Origin: Planctomycetota bacterium
GTDB taxonomy: Bacteria; Planctomycetota; B15-G4
Assembly: GCA_038212275.1 (NCBI GenBank)
Contig: JBBQUR010000017.1
Span: forward strand, 42,232 to 106,231
Direction of reading: 5' to 3'
DNA length: 64,000 nt
Shown here in pieces: positions 1 to 9,894 of this stretch. The stretch's first letter is position 1. Each line of letters starts with the position of its first letter. The notes under the pieces are model-generated. The model did not search any database and was not told where the DNA came from. It saw only the letters and a list, made by a program, of their open reading frames with translations. The position numbers and the translations under genes were made by a program.

Positions 1-670
1 CGGGAACGTGCCCCTCGCTGCCGGCCACGCGCCCGGCCCACGCGTTGCGCAGCACGGCCAGGACGTCGCTGTGGCGGCCGTAGCGCGAGAAGAAGCCGTC
101 GTCGGGCACCCATGCCTCGTCGCGGAAATCATTGCCCACGTAGAACTCGAGCACCACGACATCCGGCCGCAACGCAGCGCCCTGCAGCTGCCACATGCGG
201 CGCTCGAAGGACGGGCCGACCATGGGCATGCCGAGGTTGATGACTTCCACCGGCTGACGCAGGCCCTCGTGGAGCAGTTGCTGCAGCTTCGTGGTCCACA
301 GGTCCGACCACGGCACGCCGCCGCTCGCGAACGTGAACGAATCGCCGAGCGCCACGACACGCAGCACACCGGGTTCCCCGGCCATCTGAAACACCGGCGT
401 GCGCAGGCCGCGCGAGTTGGTGACGAAGCCGCCGACGTCGCGGCACGGTCGGTACCCCAGGGCGGTCATGTCGAGCAGGTCGGGAAGCGAGTCCGCCGAC
501 GCGAAGTCGTGACTGTCCTGCGGGACGACCGTCCACGAGCGCACGGACTGCGACCAGGGCGAGACCAGCCGCAACACGACTTCGAACAGGAGCAGCCCGA
601 CGACGAGCTGGAGTCCGAGCAGTCTGGCGAAGTCCACCAGCCGCCTGCGATGTCTGCGCGACTCGGCCAC
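1..670 (-). CDS. SGNH/GDSL hydrolase family protein with N-terminal TM helix (runs off the left edge)
   Basis: Absent from the ORF track; translated manually. GTG at 670 with GGAGG upstream. Motifs NSRGLR, RVVALGDSFTF, EVINLG, PDVVVLEFYVGNDF. Confidence 0.8.
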   Translation of the reverse strand, partial: MAESRRHRRRLVDFARLLGLQLVVGLLLFEVVLRLVSPWSQSVRSWTVVPQDSHDFASADSLPDLLDMTALGYRPCRDVGGFVTNSRGLRTPVFQMAGEPGVLRVVALGDSFTFASGGVPWSDLWTTKLQQLLHEGLRQPVEVINLGMPMVGPSFERRMWQLQGAALRPDVVVLEFYVGNDFRDEAWVPDDGFFSRYGRHSDVLAVLRNAWAGRVAGSEGHVP

Positions 671-936
671 CCCGGCCCTCCAGCGGCGGACCGGCGCCCG
701 TGCCTCCGATCGCCTCGGGGGCGCACGGAACGCCGGAGGCGCCTGTTCCCGCGCCAGAAGTATGCCTTCCTGGGATCGTCGTCACCGCAGCGGCCGGCGC
801 GACACGTCGCGCCGGGAGTCATCCCGCCGCGCGACGCGCGCGCCAGCCCCTGCAATGGCCTCTGCCGCGGCTCCCGCGATCCGTGCCTCAGTGAGAGCCA
901 CTGCTGGCCATGACGCCGCAGACCGCGGAGTCGCCG

Positions 937-3450
937 CTACGGCAGCAAAGTCACCTGCAGCGCATTGGAGAAGCCGAGGCCCTGCGGCTGTCCGGCATCG
1001 ATGAGGACGCACTGCAGAAAGAGGACCGCGGGGCCGTTGCCACCCGCGATGCCCGGGATGGAGATGTCGCCGTCCGCGTCCGTGGTCAACGGCACGATGA
1101 CAGCCCACGGCTGCGGCACGAGCAGGCCGCCCTTGAGCGGTCCCGGCGCGTTCGTCGCACCCACGACGAGGAAGGCAGGTGCGAAGGCCGGCCCGCCCGT
1201 CAGCTGGAGAGCCGCGCTGCCGCCGGTAGACAGGTCGTCGCCACACAGGGACAGCGTCGAGGAGCCGGGGCCGCCGAAGCCGAGGTCCGGCTGGCACACG
1301 ACGGTCGAGGTTCGCGGGAGATCGCGCGCGAGGATGGTGATCGTCGCCGTGTCCACCGCATGCATGCCGCTGCTGTCCTCGGCGGACACCTGCAGGACAT
1401 GCGTGCCCACGCTGAGATCGGCCACCGAAGTGAGCCGTCCCGATCCGAGCGAGCCGTCCAGACTGGAAGACCATTGCAGGCTCTGTCCCTCCAGAGCGTG
1501 ATCCTCGAGATCCCAGCCCGAGCTGTGCAGGATCACCGTGGCGCCTTGCCGGAAGACGCTGCCATCGTCGGGAGTGACGATCTGCACCCATGGTGCGTTG
1601 CCGCCGCCGAGCTGCGCCGACGAGAGATTGAGCGGCTGCGTACGCGTGACGGTCGTGTTGAGGCCGTCGCTGGCGAGCAGCTCGAAGAAGGCCTTGCCGG
1701 CGACGGGCGCGGGCAGCGCGTTCAGATCGACGTCCACGCTGGTGAGGTCGAGGCCCGAAGCGAGCGGCACGAAGCGCTTGCCGCCGTCGGGGCTGTAGCG
1801 CAGATAGCAGTGAAGTGCGTCACCGTCCGCGTCCGAACCGGTCCACGAAACGACGAGCTTGCCCGCGTTCACGACTCCGTTGATGGGTGACGTGAAGCCG
1901 ACGTGCGGAGCCCAGGACGTGCGCTGCCGTTCGAGCGGCAGCGCATGGGCCCCGCCCGCTGCGGCAACGACGACTCGATCGATCGAATCGACGCCCTCGG
2001 CATTCAGCGGCAGGATCGCCGTGAAGGGCACGACGGGATCGGCCGGGCCCGCGGAGTCCGCATCGCCGCCACCGCACTCGGGGCACTCGTCCGCGGAGCT
2101 TCGCGCCAGCAGCGGAAGTTCGGTGACCAGCGTGGATCCGGCGAAGGCACGCACCACGAGATTCGCCTCGTGCGGCGAGGCAGGCACCGATGCCACGGCT
2201 GCGGGCAGGGTCAGCATGTCGGTCAGCCGGATTTCGCCCGACTGCCTGTTCCACAGGCCCGCGAGCAGCAGTCCAGGCGGCGCGTTCGTCGATGCCGCGG
2301 TCAGTGCGGGCGCATCGAACAGCGGGAGATTGCAGAAGTAGTTGAAGGTGCTCGGCGCGACCCAGGCCTCCTGCGTGAGGAGCCCGGCGAACATGATGTC
2401 CTTCAGCGTGGCCGCCTTGATCTGCGGCAGGTTCTGCGTGAGGTGGAGGTGGTGCTCCACATCCACGCCGATGACGCCGGTCGTCAGGCTGTTGTGCTGC
2501 AGGCCCACGTTGTGACCAAGCTCATGAGCGAGCGTCCGCTGGTAGCGGATGAGTTCCGTGTTCCCCATCGACACGTTGCCGTTGATGTAGGACTGGCCGT
2601 TGTAGGACAGGCCGCCCGGCACGAAGCCGTAGAGGAAGTCGGGCTTGGGCTGCATGAGGTTGATGTCCACCTGCAGCGCATTGAGCAGGTCGACGCCGGT
2701 GCCCGCGAGCGACGATGTCCACAACTTGCTGGGGGCGTCGGTCCGGTGGTAGCGCCAGTCGGGCGCCGGGTAGATGCCCTGCACGAAATTGTCACCCATG
2801 CCGGGCTCGATCCGCGCTGCATCCGGAAGATTGGGAATGCTGCCGCCACCCGGCCTGTAGTCGATCGGCACGTAGGCCAGCTCGGGCGCGCGGAAGTACG
2901 CGAACGAGAGCGGGACGCTCGAGAAGGTATTGTTGGATGTGTTCGCCTCGGCCACGAAATTGGGACCGGCCGGATTCACTTCTGCGGTGAGCACGACCTG
3001 GGCGGATTCGGGAGCCAGGAAAATGAAATTCAGCGAGCCGTCTTCGACGGTGAAATCGATGGGAAGCTTTGCCGGGAAAGGCCCGTTGTCGGAGTAGATG
3101 GGCGAGTCGGCCGCCTCGACGCCGTTCACGTAGATGCGCAGCAGGCCATCCACGAGGGGAGTCGCGGGCAGCGGGTTGGTGACGCGTACGGAAACTCGAG
3201 CAAAGGTCGTGCGCCCGGCGACCAGCGGCGTGGTGCCTGTCTGCACGGCCTGATTCACCTCGATCTTGGAGATTGAGTAGTCGAGAACCTGAGCCGCCAC
3301 CGCGGGGACGGCCACCGCGAGCACGAGACCGCCTCGCGCGAGGCTCTTCAGGATGCCGGCAGAACGCGAGGGATCACGGGAACAAGCTTGATTTCGAGAC
3401 AAGGGAGAACTCCATGGTGCCACGACGTACGCCGACGAAAGCAGGCGCAT
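937..3450 (-). CDS. Secreted zinc metallopeptidase (metzincin-like) with Ig-like domains and the shared C-terminal domain
   Basis: LAHELGHNVGLQH fits HExxHxxGxxH. Signal-like segment LVLAVAVPAVAA. C-terminal PLKGGLLVP...SNAL motif. Start uncertain. Confidence 0.75.
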   Translation of the reverse strand: MRLLSSAYVVAPWSSPLSRNQACSRDPSRSAGILKSLARGGLVLAVAVPAVAAQVLDYSISKIEVNQAVQTGTTPLVAGRTTFARVSVRVTNPLPATPLVDGLLRIYVNGVEAADSPIYSDNGPFPAKLPIDFTVEDGSLNFIFLAPESAQVVLTAEVNPAGPNFVAEANTSNNTFSSVPLSFAYFRAPELAYVPIDYRPGGGSIPNLPDAARIEPGMGDNFVQGIYPAPDWRYHRTDAPSKLWTSSLAGTGVDLLNALQVDINLMQPKPDFLYGFVPGGLSYNGQSYINGNVSMGNTELIRYQRTLAHELGHNVGLQHNSLTTGVIGVDVEHHLHLTQNLPQIKAATLKDIMFAGLLTQEAWVAPSTFNYFCNLPLFDAPALTAASTNAPPGLLLAGLWNRQSGEIRLTDMLTLPAAVASVPASPHEANLVVRAFAGSTLVTELPLLARSSADECPECGGGDADSAGPADPVVPFTAILPLNAEGVDSIDRVVVAAAGGAHALPLERQRTSWAPHVGFTSPINGVVNAGKLVVSWTGSDADGDALHCYLRYSPDGGKRFVPLASGLDLTSVDVDLNALPAPVAGKAFFELLASDGLNTTVTRTQPLNLSSAQLGGGNAPWVQIVTPDDGSVFRQGATVILHSSGWDLEDHALEGQSLQWSSSLDGSLGSGRLTSVADLSVGTHVLQVSAEDSSGMHAVDTATITILARDLPRTSTVVCQPDLGFGGPGSSTLSLCGDDLSTGGSAALQLTGGPAFAPAFLVVGATNAPGPLKGGLLVPQPWAVIVPLTTDADGDISIPGIAGGNGPAVLFLQCVLIDAGQPQGLGFSNALQVTLLP

Positions 3451-3648
3451 GGCGTGCTCGGGGGAACACGCGGCCGGGATGCTACCTCAGGCTCCCGGAA
3501 GCAGACAGTCGCAGAATCGTCATGCCTTCCATGCACGGGGTCCGATTCACACAGCCCTCGATGTCACGCACGGGCCTGTGGGAACGCTTTCCGGAGAGCG
3601 AACGAGGCGATTCATGCAGAGTCCGCAGCCGATCTCACAATCTCCTTG

Positions 3649-3677
3649 TTGATTTGGCACGGCCCCTGGTTTCTAAT
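3649..3677 (+). promoter_or_regulatory. Putative sigma70 promoter for the DNA-binding protein trio
   Basis: TTGATT-N17-TCTAAT, 31 bp upstream of ATG 3709; RBS GAGGT at 3699-3703. Confidence 0.5.
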
Positions 3678-3708
3678 GCACCCTCCCCCCCATTGAGTGA
3701 GGTCTCTC

Positions 3709-4182
3709 ATGGCTCTCAAATCCATGTCCACGCGTGAGCTCCGTCGCGAATTGGAGCGTCGCGAGGCGGGCGCCAGCAAGTTGAAGGCGCAGCACGCGGA
3801 CCTCGCCAAGCGGCTGGCAGCGGTCGAGTCCGAACTCGCCGACCTCGGCGTGGAGAGCGTCCCGGCTCGCAAGGGCCGCAAGCCCGGCCGTCCGGCGGGC
3901 GCAGGCAAGGCCAAGGGCAAGGCCGGTCGTCCCAAGGGAAGCAGGAACAAGGCAAAGGGCAAGGGAAGCAAGCGCGCGAAGAACGAGATGACGCTTCCCG
4001 AGGCCATCATCTCCGGCGTGAAGGTCGGCGCCACCGTCTCGCCCGCGGAGGCTGCCGTGACCGCCAGGAAGGCCGGATACAGGAGTTCGAGCTCCAACTT
4101 CGGCATGATCGTCGCCAATGCGCTGGCCAAGGACAGCCGCTTCAAGAAGCTGGGACGCGGCCAGTACCAGCGCTCGAAGTGA
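3709..4182 (+). CDS. Basic putative nucleoid-associated protein, paralog 1 (coiled coil, K/G-rich linker, winged HTH)
   Basis: MSTRELRRELERRE coiled coil; linker with KPGRP and GRPKG; C-terminal RAKN..L.EA...SPAEAA...GY.S...F...V..AL....F....RG.Y. Confidence 0.75.
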   Translation: MALKSMSTRELRRELERREAGASKLKAQHADLAKRLAAVESELADLGVESVPARKGRKPGRPAGAGKAKGKAGRPKGSRNKAKGKGSKRAKNEMTLPEAIISGVKVGATVSPAEAAVTARKAGYRSSSSNFGMIVANALAKDSRFKKLGRGQYQRSK

Positions 4183-4388
4183 CCGATACTCAGGCTGACA
4201 TGCGCATCGACCGGGACTTCCTGCGGGAGATTGATCCGCGCAAGAGTTACGACCGCGGCCCGATGTCACTTCCCGCCGCAGGGCCTCCCGTGACAGTTGC
4301 TGTTCCGAACTCCGAGCATGTGTCGGGTTCCGACGCATCCCGGATCAGCGGACACCTTCCGTCCATCACCACCTGGACCCGCCGCGAG

Positions 4389-4838
4389 ATGAGTGATTCC
4401 GTACAAGACCTTTCCTCGATGTCTCTCGATGACCTCCGTCGTGAATTGAGGCGGCGCGAGGACGCCGTGTCGCGCCTGCAGGAAAAGCGCGCCAGGGTGG
4501 CTGCCGAGCTCGCCATGGTCGAGGCCGAGCTCCGCAAGTGCGGCGGCGAGGCAGCTCTCTCCGGCGGCGAGCCGGGGGATGAGAAGGCTCCGTCGGTTCC
4601 GCGAGGTCCGTCGCGCTCCGGCACGCCTCGACCCAGGAACACGCTCAACCTCGCGGATGCGCTCACGGCTGCGGTTGACGCGGGCATGGTGGTCTCACCC
4701 ACCGAAGCAGCCGACCTGGTCCGGAAGAGCGGTTATCTCACCAACTCGAAGACATTTACCCAGACCGTCACCGTGGCGCTGTCCAATCACTCGGGCTTCC
4801 GGCGCGTGGAGCGCGGTCGCTACGAGTGCATCCGCTGA
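4389..4838 (+). CDS. Putative nucleoid-associated protein, paralog 2
   Basis: Same N-terminal (MSLDDLRRELRRRE) and C-terminal (RPRN...SPTEAA...GY...FRRVERGRY) motifs as 3709..4182. Start chosen by homology. Confidence 0.7.
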   Translation: MSDSVQDLSSMSLDDLRRELRRREDAVSRLQEKRARVAAELAMVEAELRKCGGEAALSGGEPGDEKAPSVPRGPSRSGTPRPRNTLNLADALTAAVDAGMVVSPTEAADLVRKSGYLTNSKTFTQTVTVALSNHSGFRRVERGRYECIR

Positions 4839-4890
4839 GCACGTCTCGGCCGACATCCACCATGTCCGACTCCCGGGCCCGGAACTGAAC

Positions 4891-5706
4891 ATGTCCGCGA
4901 CCACGTCCGCGCCGTTCGCCGACCCTGAGGGCCATGCAAGCGAGTTGCCGGTCGTGTCGCCGGTCGGCGCGCCGGTCGCCAACGCGGCTTCCGATACGGC
5001 GGCTGCGCCCGTCGCGACAGCGCCCTCCGCGCCTGCCGCCGAGACGCAGACCGCCCGGCCTGAAGCCGCAAAGCCGCTGCCGCGCCGCGAGCCGCGCGAC
5101 GTCGGCACATCCCGGAGCCGGCGCCCGGATGCAGTGCCAGCCGTGATGTCGCTGCCGCCGCTCGAGTCGGGCTTTCCGTGGGAGCGCTCGCCACTCGCGG
5201 GCATCTCGAGCACGAAAATCCTGGCTGAGCTGCAGCGCCGACGGGAGCGATCTGCGCAACTCCTCGCGGAACGCGATCGCATCCTCGAACTCATGGACGC
5301 CATCGAGGAACGCCTGACGATGATCGGGCACGATGGCGCAAAGTTCGCCACCACCGAACGACCACGGCCGGCCCCAACCGGTCGCCGAGGTCAGCCCGGC
5401 AAAGCCGGCAAGCCCGGCCAGCTCGGCAAGCCCGGCAAAGCCGACAAGTCCGGCAAGCCTGGTCGCCGAGGCCAGCCCGGTCAGCGCAAGACTTCCAAGG
5501 CCCGGAACACCGTCAGCCTGCGTGAGGCCATCGCGCTGGCCGTCGAGCCGCGCGCCCTGGTCACGCCTGCAGAGGCCGCCGAACTCCTGAAGCGCAACGG
5601 CTACCGCTCCACGGCGGCCAATTTCGCGACGCTCGTCGGCAATGCGCTCGCCAGGGACGAGCGCTTCCGCAGGCTCGGCCGCGGATCCTACGAACGGATC
5701 GGCTGA
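4891..5706 (+). CDS. Putative nucleoid-associated protein, paralog 3, with Ala/Pro-rich N-terminal extension
   Basis: ISSTKILAELQRRRE coiled coil; GKP tripeptide-repeat linker; KARN...TPAEAA...GYRS...FRRLGRGSY. Confidence 0.7.
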   Translation: MSATTSAPFADPEGHASELPVVSPVGAPVANAASDTAAAPVATAPSAPAAETQTARPEAAKPLPRREPRDVGTSRSRRPDAVPAVMSLPPLESGFPWERSPLAGISSTKILAELQRRRERSAQLLAERDRILELMDAIEERLTMIGHDGAKFATTERPRPAPTGRRGQPGKAGKPGQLGKPGKADKSGKPGRRGQPGQRKTSKARNTVSLREAIALAVEPRALVTPAEAAELLKRNGYRSTAANFATLVGNALARDERFRRLGRGSYERIG

Positions 5707-5761
5707 CTCCTTCGCATCGCTCCGGCGCCGGTCGTGCCCGGCCCCATCCCGGACGGTACTC

Positions 5762-6490
5762 ATGAGCCTGGCCTACGAGGAACTCGACTTCGCGCAGACC
5801 CGTTTCGGCGAGTTGATCCTGCGGCGACGGCGCGCCCTGTCCGTGCAGGGAGTGGACATCTACGAGGTCAAGCTCGACGGTCAGTTCCTGATGTCCAGCC
5901 TCGTGAACGGCTCCGAGATCGCGCTGGCGGAACTCGGACTGGCGGAGGCGGGCAGCGGGGCACTGGACGTCGTGGTGGGCGGACTCGGATTGGGTTGCAC
6001 GGCCGCGGCCGCGCTGGACCATGCCGCCGTCCGTTCGCTGATCGTCGTCGAATACCTTCCCGAGGTCATCTCGTGGCACCGGCGCCACCTCGTTCCGCTG
6101 GGCTCCCGCCTCACGGGTGACTCGCGCTGCCGCCTGAGCCAGGGCGACTTCTTCGCGCTGGCTGCTTCCTCCGGCGGCGGCTTCGATGCCGAGGCGCCGG
6201 GCCGCCGCTTTCATGCGGTGCTGCTCGACATCGACCACTCGCCGCGCGGCCTGCTGCACGCGAGCCACGCCGGTTTCTATGGACCCGACGGCCTCGCTGC
6301 GCTCGCGGATCGCCTGCACCCCGGAGGCGTGTTCGCGCTCTGGTCGGCGGAGCCGCCTGACGAGGCCTTCACCCGACGCCTCGGCGAGGTGTTCGCCTCG
6401 GCGCGCGCCGAAGCGATCAGCGTCTTCAATCCGCTGCTCGACGAGGACGAGGTGAACACCATCTACCTCGCCGTGACGGCCACGCACTGA
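5762..6490 (+). CDS. Spermidine synthase-like SAM-dependent transferase
   Basis: VGGLGLG motif I, VVE, GDFF, LLDIDH, GGVFALWS. Confidence 0.8.
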   Translation: MSLAYEELDFAQTRFGELILRRRRALSVQGVDIYEVKLDGQFLMSSLVNGSEIALAELGLAEAGSGALDVVVGGLGLGCTAAAALDHAAVRSLIVVEYLPEVISWHRRHLVPLGSRLTGDSRCRLSQGDFFALAASSGGGFDAEAPGRRFHAVLLDIDHSPRGLLHASHAGFYGPDGLAALADRLHPGGVFALWSAEPPDEAFTRRLGEVFASARAEAISVFNPLLDEDEVNTIYLAVTATH

Positions 6491-6526
6491 GTCGCCTCGG
6501 GGGCGACGGCGCCGCACAGCGCCCGC

Positions 6527-6967
6527 TCAGTCGGCCGATTCGACGAGGCGCTTGAGTCGTTCGAGGTTGCCCGCCACCTGCTGCTGATTGGCGACGCGAA
6601 TCATGGGCGCCATGAGCCGCAGCGTGAAGCTCTTCAGGTCGATGGACACGACGTGCGAGACGCGCGTGCCGTCGGGCAACGCGTCGAAGCGCAGCGCTAC
6701 CGCCACGCCGAACATCTCGTCCGCGAACTCCATGCGCAGCTCGCGGCCAGGCGCCCATGCCGTGACACGGCCGGTCATGCGCACTTCGTGACCTCCCTGC
6801 TGGTGCACGTAGTGCAGCAGCGCCCCGTGCCCCCATCCCTCCGGCGACGCGAGCGACAGCGCCACGCAGCCCTGCAACCACTCCGGCGCGCGACTCACGT
6901 CGCACACGCATGCGAAGAGGACCGCGGCGGGGCGTCGGATGTCCAGACTGGCTTCGGCTTCGATCAT
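6527..6967 (-). CDS. SRPBCC/polyketide cyclase-like protein
   Basis: 146 aa; ASLDIRRPAAVLF...APEW start and C-terminal helix NLERLKRLVE. Confidence 0.75.
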   Translation of the reverse strand: MIEAEASLDIRRPAAVLFACVCDVSRAPEWLQGCVALSLASPEGWGHGALLHYVHQQGGHEVRMTGRVTAWAPGRELRMEFADEMFGVAVALRFDALPDGTRVSHVVSIDLKSFTLRLMAPMIRVANQQQVAGNLERLKRLVESAD

Positions 6968-6980
6968 GTTGCGCCGGCGC

Positions 6981-8225
6981 TCATGAGCTGGCGCCAGAGC
7001 AGGCGAAGGCCTGGAAGGCGCCGGGCAGCGCGACCTCGAGCAGCTCGAAGTCCTCGCTACACGCGCCGAGGGCATGCGGAACATGCGCCGGGATCACGAA
7101 GGCATCGCCCGGGGCGATGCGCACGGCGCCGGTCGCCGCCGCGTCGTGACCAAGGTCCGTTCCGGCTGCGCTCACGGCGTCACCGGCCCCATGAGCGCGA
7201 TCGAGGGTCGCGACACGCAGCATCGCGTGCCCGCTCAGCACGAAGGAGAACAGCAGCTCCGCGTCGTGGGACCGGATTTCCTCAGCCGATGAGGAACCCT
7301 TGCCTTGTGCGCCGCGGGCGCGCAGCACGCGCACGCCGGCCAGCCCGCAGGTGGCCTCCGAGATGCCCGTTTCGGCGGACTGCAGGCCGGGGCGCCAGGA
7401 GGCCGCCCACGTGGACTCGGCCGCGCGGTGGCAGACGAAACGCTGGCCGGCATGCGTGCGCTCGCGTTGCACCACGGAATCGGGAAGCGCCAGCGCGTGA
7501 TCCGCGCAGGTCTCGTGCTCTGCCGGACACGTGACCTCGACGACCTCCAGGCCCGGGGAACACTCGAGCACGCGGTGCCGGATGCGCGGCGGCTGCAGCA
7601 GGCAGTCGCCAGCCTGCAGGACGAGCGATGGTCCCTGGCCCTCGTAGGCCACGCGCACCCAGCCGCGCACGAAGTGGATCACCTGGAAGTGGATCTTGTG
7701 AAAGTGCACGTAGTCGGGCACGGGGCCGCCGTCCCTGATGCGGATGTGCGACGCGATGTATCGGCCGCCCAGCCGGTCCGGGATCAGGTCGCGGTATTCC
7801 ATCCCGGCGCGGCCGCGCTTCCATGCGTCGGGTGCACCGGCGCCGTCCTGCCGTGTCAGCACGAAAGCGGGACGCATCGGCGGCAGGACGAGCTCGGGAT
7901 CCGCCTGTGCCAGCACGATGCGCGTGCCGTTGGGCGCGGTGAGTTCGAGCGCGCCGCCGGCGACCGCAGCCCGCTCCGCCGCATGCAGGCGAAGCGTGAC
8001 GGCGCCCCCCGCGCCGAGCGCGCCCCCCGCGCCGGCACGCTGCCGCTCGAGGCGCAGCCTCAGGCCGGCGCCGGACAGGATGGCGACGAGCGGATCGTCC
8101 GCCGGGATGATCGACTCGATGCAAAAACCCAGTCGCTCGACGAAGAAGCGTGTCGTGGCATCGAGCTCGACGCACGGCAGCACGACCTCGCCCTGCGTGC
8201 ATGCCGGCGTGCGCGACGGATCCAT
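6981..8225 (-). CDS. VOC/glyoxalase-like plus cupin domain protein
   Basis: N-terminal ELDATTRFFVERLGF; cupin motifs HFHKIHFQ...GW and QPPRIRH; second cupin GDAFVIPAHVPH. Confidence 0.75.
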   Translation of the reverse strand: MDPSRTPACTQGEVVLPCVELDATTRFFVERLGFCIESIIPADDPLVAILSGAGLRLRLERQRAGAGGALGAGGAVTLRLHAAERAAVAGGALELTAPNGTRIVLAQADPELVLPPMRPAFVLTRQDGAGAPDAWKRGRAGMEYRDLIPDRLGGRYIASHIRIRDGGPVPDYVHFHKIHFQVIHFVRGWVRVAYEGQGPSLVLQAGDCLLQPPRIRHRVLECSPGLEVVEVTCPAEHETCADHALALPDSVVQRERTHAGQRFVCHRAAESTWAASWRPGLQSAETGISEATCGLAGVRVLRARGAQGKGSSSAEEIRSHDAELLFSFVLSGHAMLRVATLDRAHGAGDAVSAAGTDLGHDAAATGAVRIAPGDAFVIPAHVPHALGACSEDFELLEVALPGAFQAFACSGASS

Positions 8226-8300
8226 GCCGCGATGATCCCAGATCCTGTGCCGAGCGGCGAGTGCGTGCAGCCGAAGGGCGTCACGCCCCTTCCGTGAAGA

Positions 8301-9599
8301 CTACGGCTCGTTCACGTAGATGAGGTGATCCGTGGGACGAACGCTGCCCATGATCGGGGTCGGGAACGGACCGGCCAGCGGCGCGGTGTAGTTGTCCACG
8401 AGATCGGTGAAGTTGGTCGGCGAACCTGGGATCGACAGGACGGTCCAGCCGTTGCGTGTCGATGCGCCGTACTTCTGCTCGAGGAAGCTGCCCGTGCATG
8501 CATCCTGGTGAACGAACAGGCCTTCGTCGACCCAGACGGATTCCGTGCTCGGATACATGTTGGGATTGGTCCACCGGCCGATGCTCGTGCTCACCATGTG
8601 AAGCCAGGGCAGCGTCGGGAAGTTGATGTTGAGAGAGGTCCAGGCGCCCGGAGTCCCGGCCGTGGTCGTGCACTGCGTCTGTCCCGTGAACTGCCGCAAC
8701 GTCTGCTGTTTGGGGCTGATCGACAGCGTGCACACGCAGCCCGCGCCGAGCGGCGTCATCGAGCCGAAAGCGACGGGATCCTCGACGGTGCATGCAAAGG
8801 GCGGCAAGCCGCTGGTGGTCACGCTGCGCGTGGCTTCCGCGAAGACATTGCCGCCGGGAGCGACGACGTTGACCGGCACGAACGGCTGCAGCGCCGAGTG
8901 TGGTGCGACGATCGCGAAGGACGAACTCGCGTGAAAAACGCCTGGCCGGTCGGAGAGTCCCGGCGCGTGGATGAAGCGGTCACACGCATGGTAGAGCACG
9001 AGAACGTTCTCCCAGGTGCCCGCCGCAGTGCAGTTGGTGTAGTCCACGTAGCCGTAGAAGAAGGCGGTCGGGTGCGGGCCGACGGGCGCAATGCAGTTGG
9101 GGACAGGACAGGGAGGCCCGCCTGGCGCCGCCAGTGAAACGAGGTCGGCCTTTGCCGTGAAGCGCCAGACCTGAGCCACCGTGCCTGTCGTCGTGATTTC
9201 GTCCCAGGTGCGCGTGTAGTCCAGCGTCAGCTGGCCGCCGAGCAGCGGCAGGCCGGAGCTGCCGTCGAACACCGTGAGCGTCGTGGTGTATTCGGCGCAG
9301 AACGGCTGCGCGGGCGGGGTCCAAGCCACCTTGAGCGTGCGCTGGTTGTTGACGGTGCACTGTCCCCAGCAGATGCCGAGGCCCGGCAGCGACGCTCCGG
9401 GAAACACCGGCAGGTTGGGGAGCGTGGCCGCGCAGCACGGGCCGAGATCCAGGTTGTCGGGCCCGAAGCATTGCGCCGAGACGACGGGCGCAGCGGGAAG
9501 GAGGAGCGCCCCCAGCATCGCGAGCATCGCGATCTTTGTGATCTTTGTGATCTTCGCGAGCCTTGCGATCGTTGCCGGCACGGCGGGTCGACGGATCAT
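8301..9599 (-). CDS. Secreted Cys-rich hypothetical protein
   Basis: Signal peptide ending VVSAQ; many Cys; coding-like codon use. Start could be further upstream (ORF extends to 9728). Confidence 0.7.
   Translation of the reverse strand: MIRRPAVPATIARLAKITKITKIAMLAMLGALLLPAAPVVSAQCFGPDNLDLGPCCAATLPNLPVFPGASLPGLGICWGQCTVNNQRTLKVAWTPPAQPFCAEYTTTLTVFDGSSGLPLLGGQLTLDYTRTWDEITTTGTVAQVWRFTAKADLVSLAAPGGPPCPVPNCIAPVGPHPTAFFYGYVDYTNCTAAGTWENVLVLYHACDRFIHAPGLSDRPGVFHASSSFAIVAPHSALQPFVPVNVVAPGGNVFAEATRSVTTSGLPPFACTVEDPVAFGSMTPLGAGCVCTLSISPKQQTLRQFTGQTQCTTTAGTPGAWTSLNINFPTLPWLHMVSTSIGRWTNPNMYPSTESVWVDEGLFVHQDACTGSFLEQKYGASTRNGWTVLSIPGSPTNFTDLVDNYTAPLAGPFPTPIMGSVRPTDHLIYVNEP
9513..9560. repeat. In-frame 9-bp tandem repeats in a signal-peptide coding region
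   Basis: (AGCATCGCG)x2 followed by GATCTTTGT-type units x3, encoding KITKITKIAMLAML. Confidence 0.7.
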
Positions 9600-9894
9600 G
9601 CGCGAAACGTGCAGCACGCAGCACCTCCTTGGAATGAGCAGGCCCCTGCCGAAGTCCCGAAGTTGCAGCCGTGGTGTGGTGCGCGGAGCCCGGGCGCATG
9701 ACCACCTGCGCCGCGGATGATATGGCACGACCCGAGATTCGAACAGGCGGCGGCGGGAGAGGAATCCTCCCGCGTGAGGCGCGCGGCCCGGGCCCGAGAA
9801 GACTCAGGATGCGAGCCTCGCCGGGCGCTGGCGGGCGCCACGCGGCGGACGCCACCGTCAGGCGCACCGCAGCGCAGCGCGGCGCGCGGACGGC

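Noticed and set aside
5380..5485. 9-bp repeats as a separate DNA element
   Set aside because: They are explained as the GKP-repeat linker of the third DNA-binding paralog.
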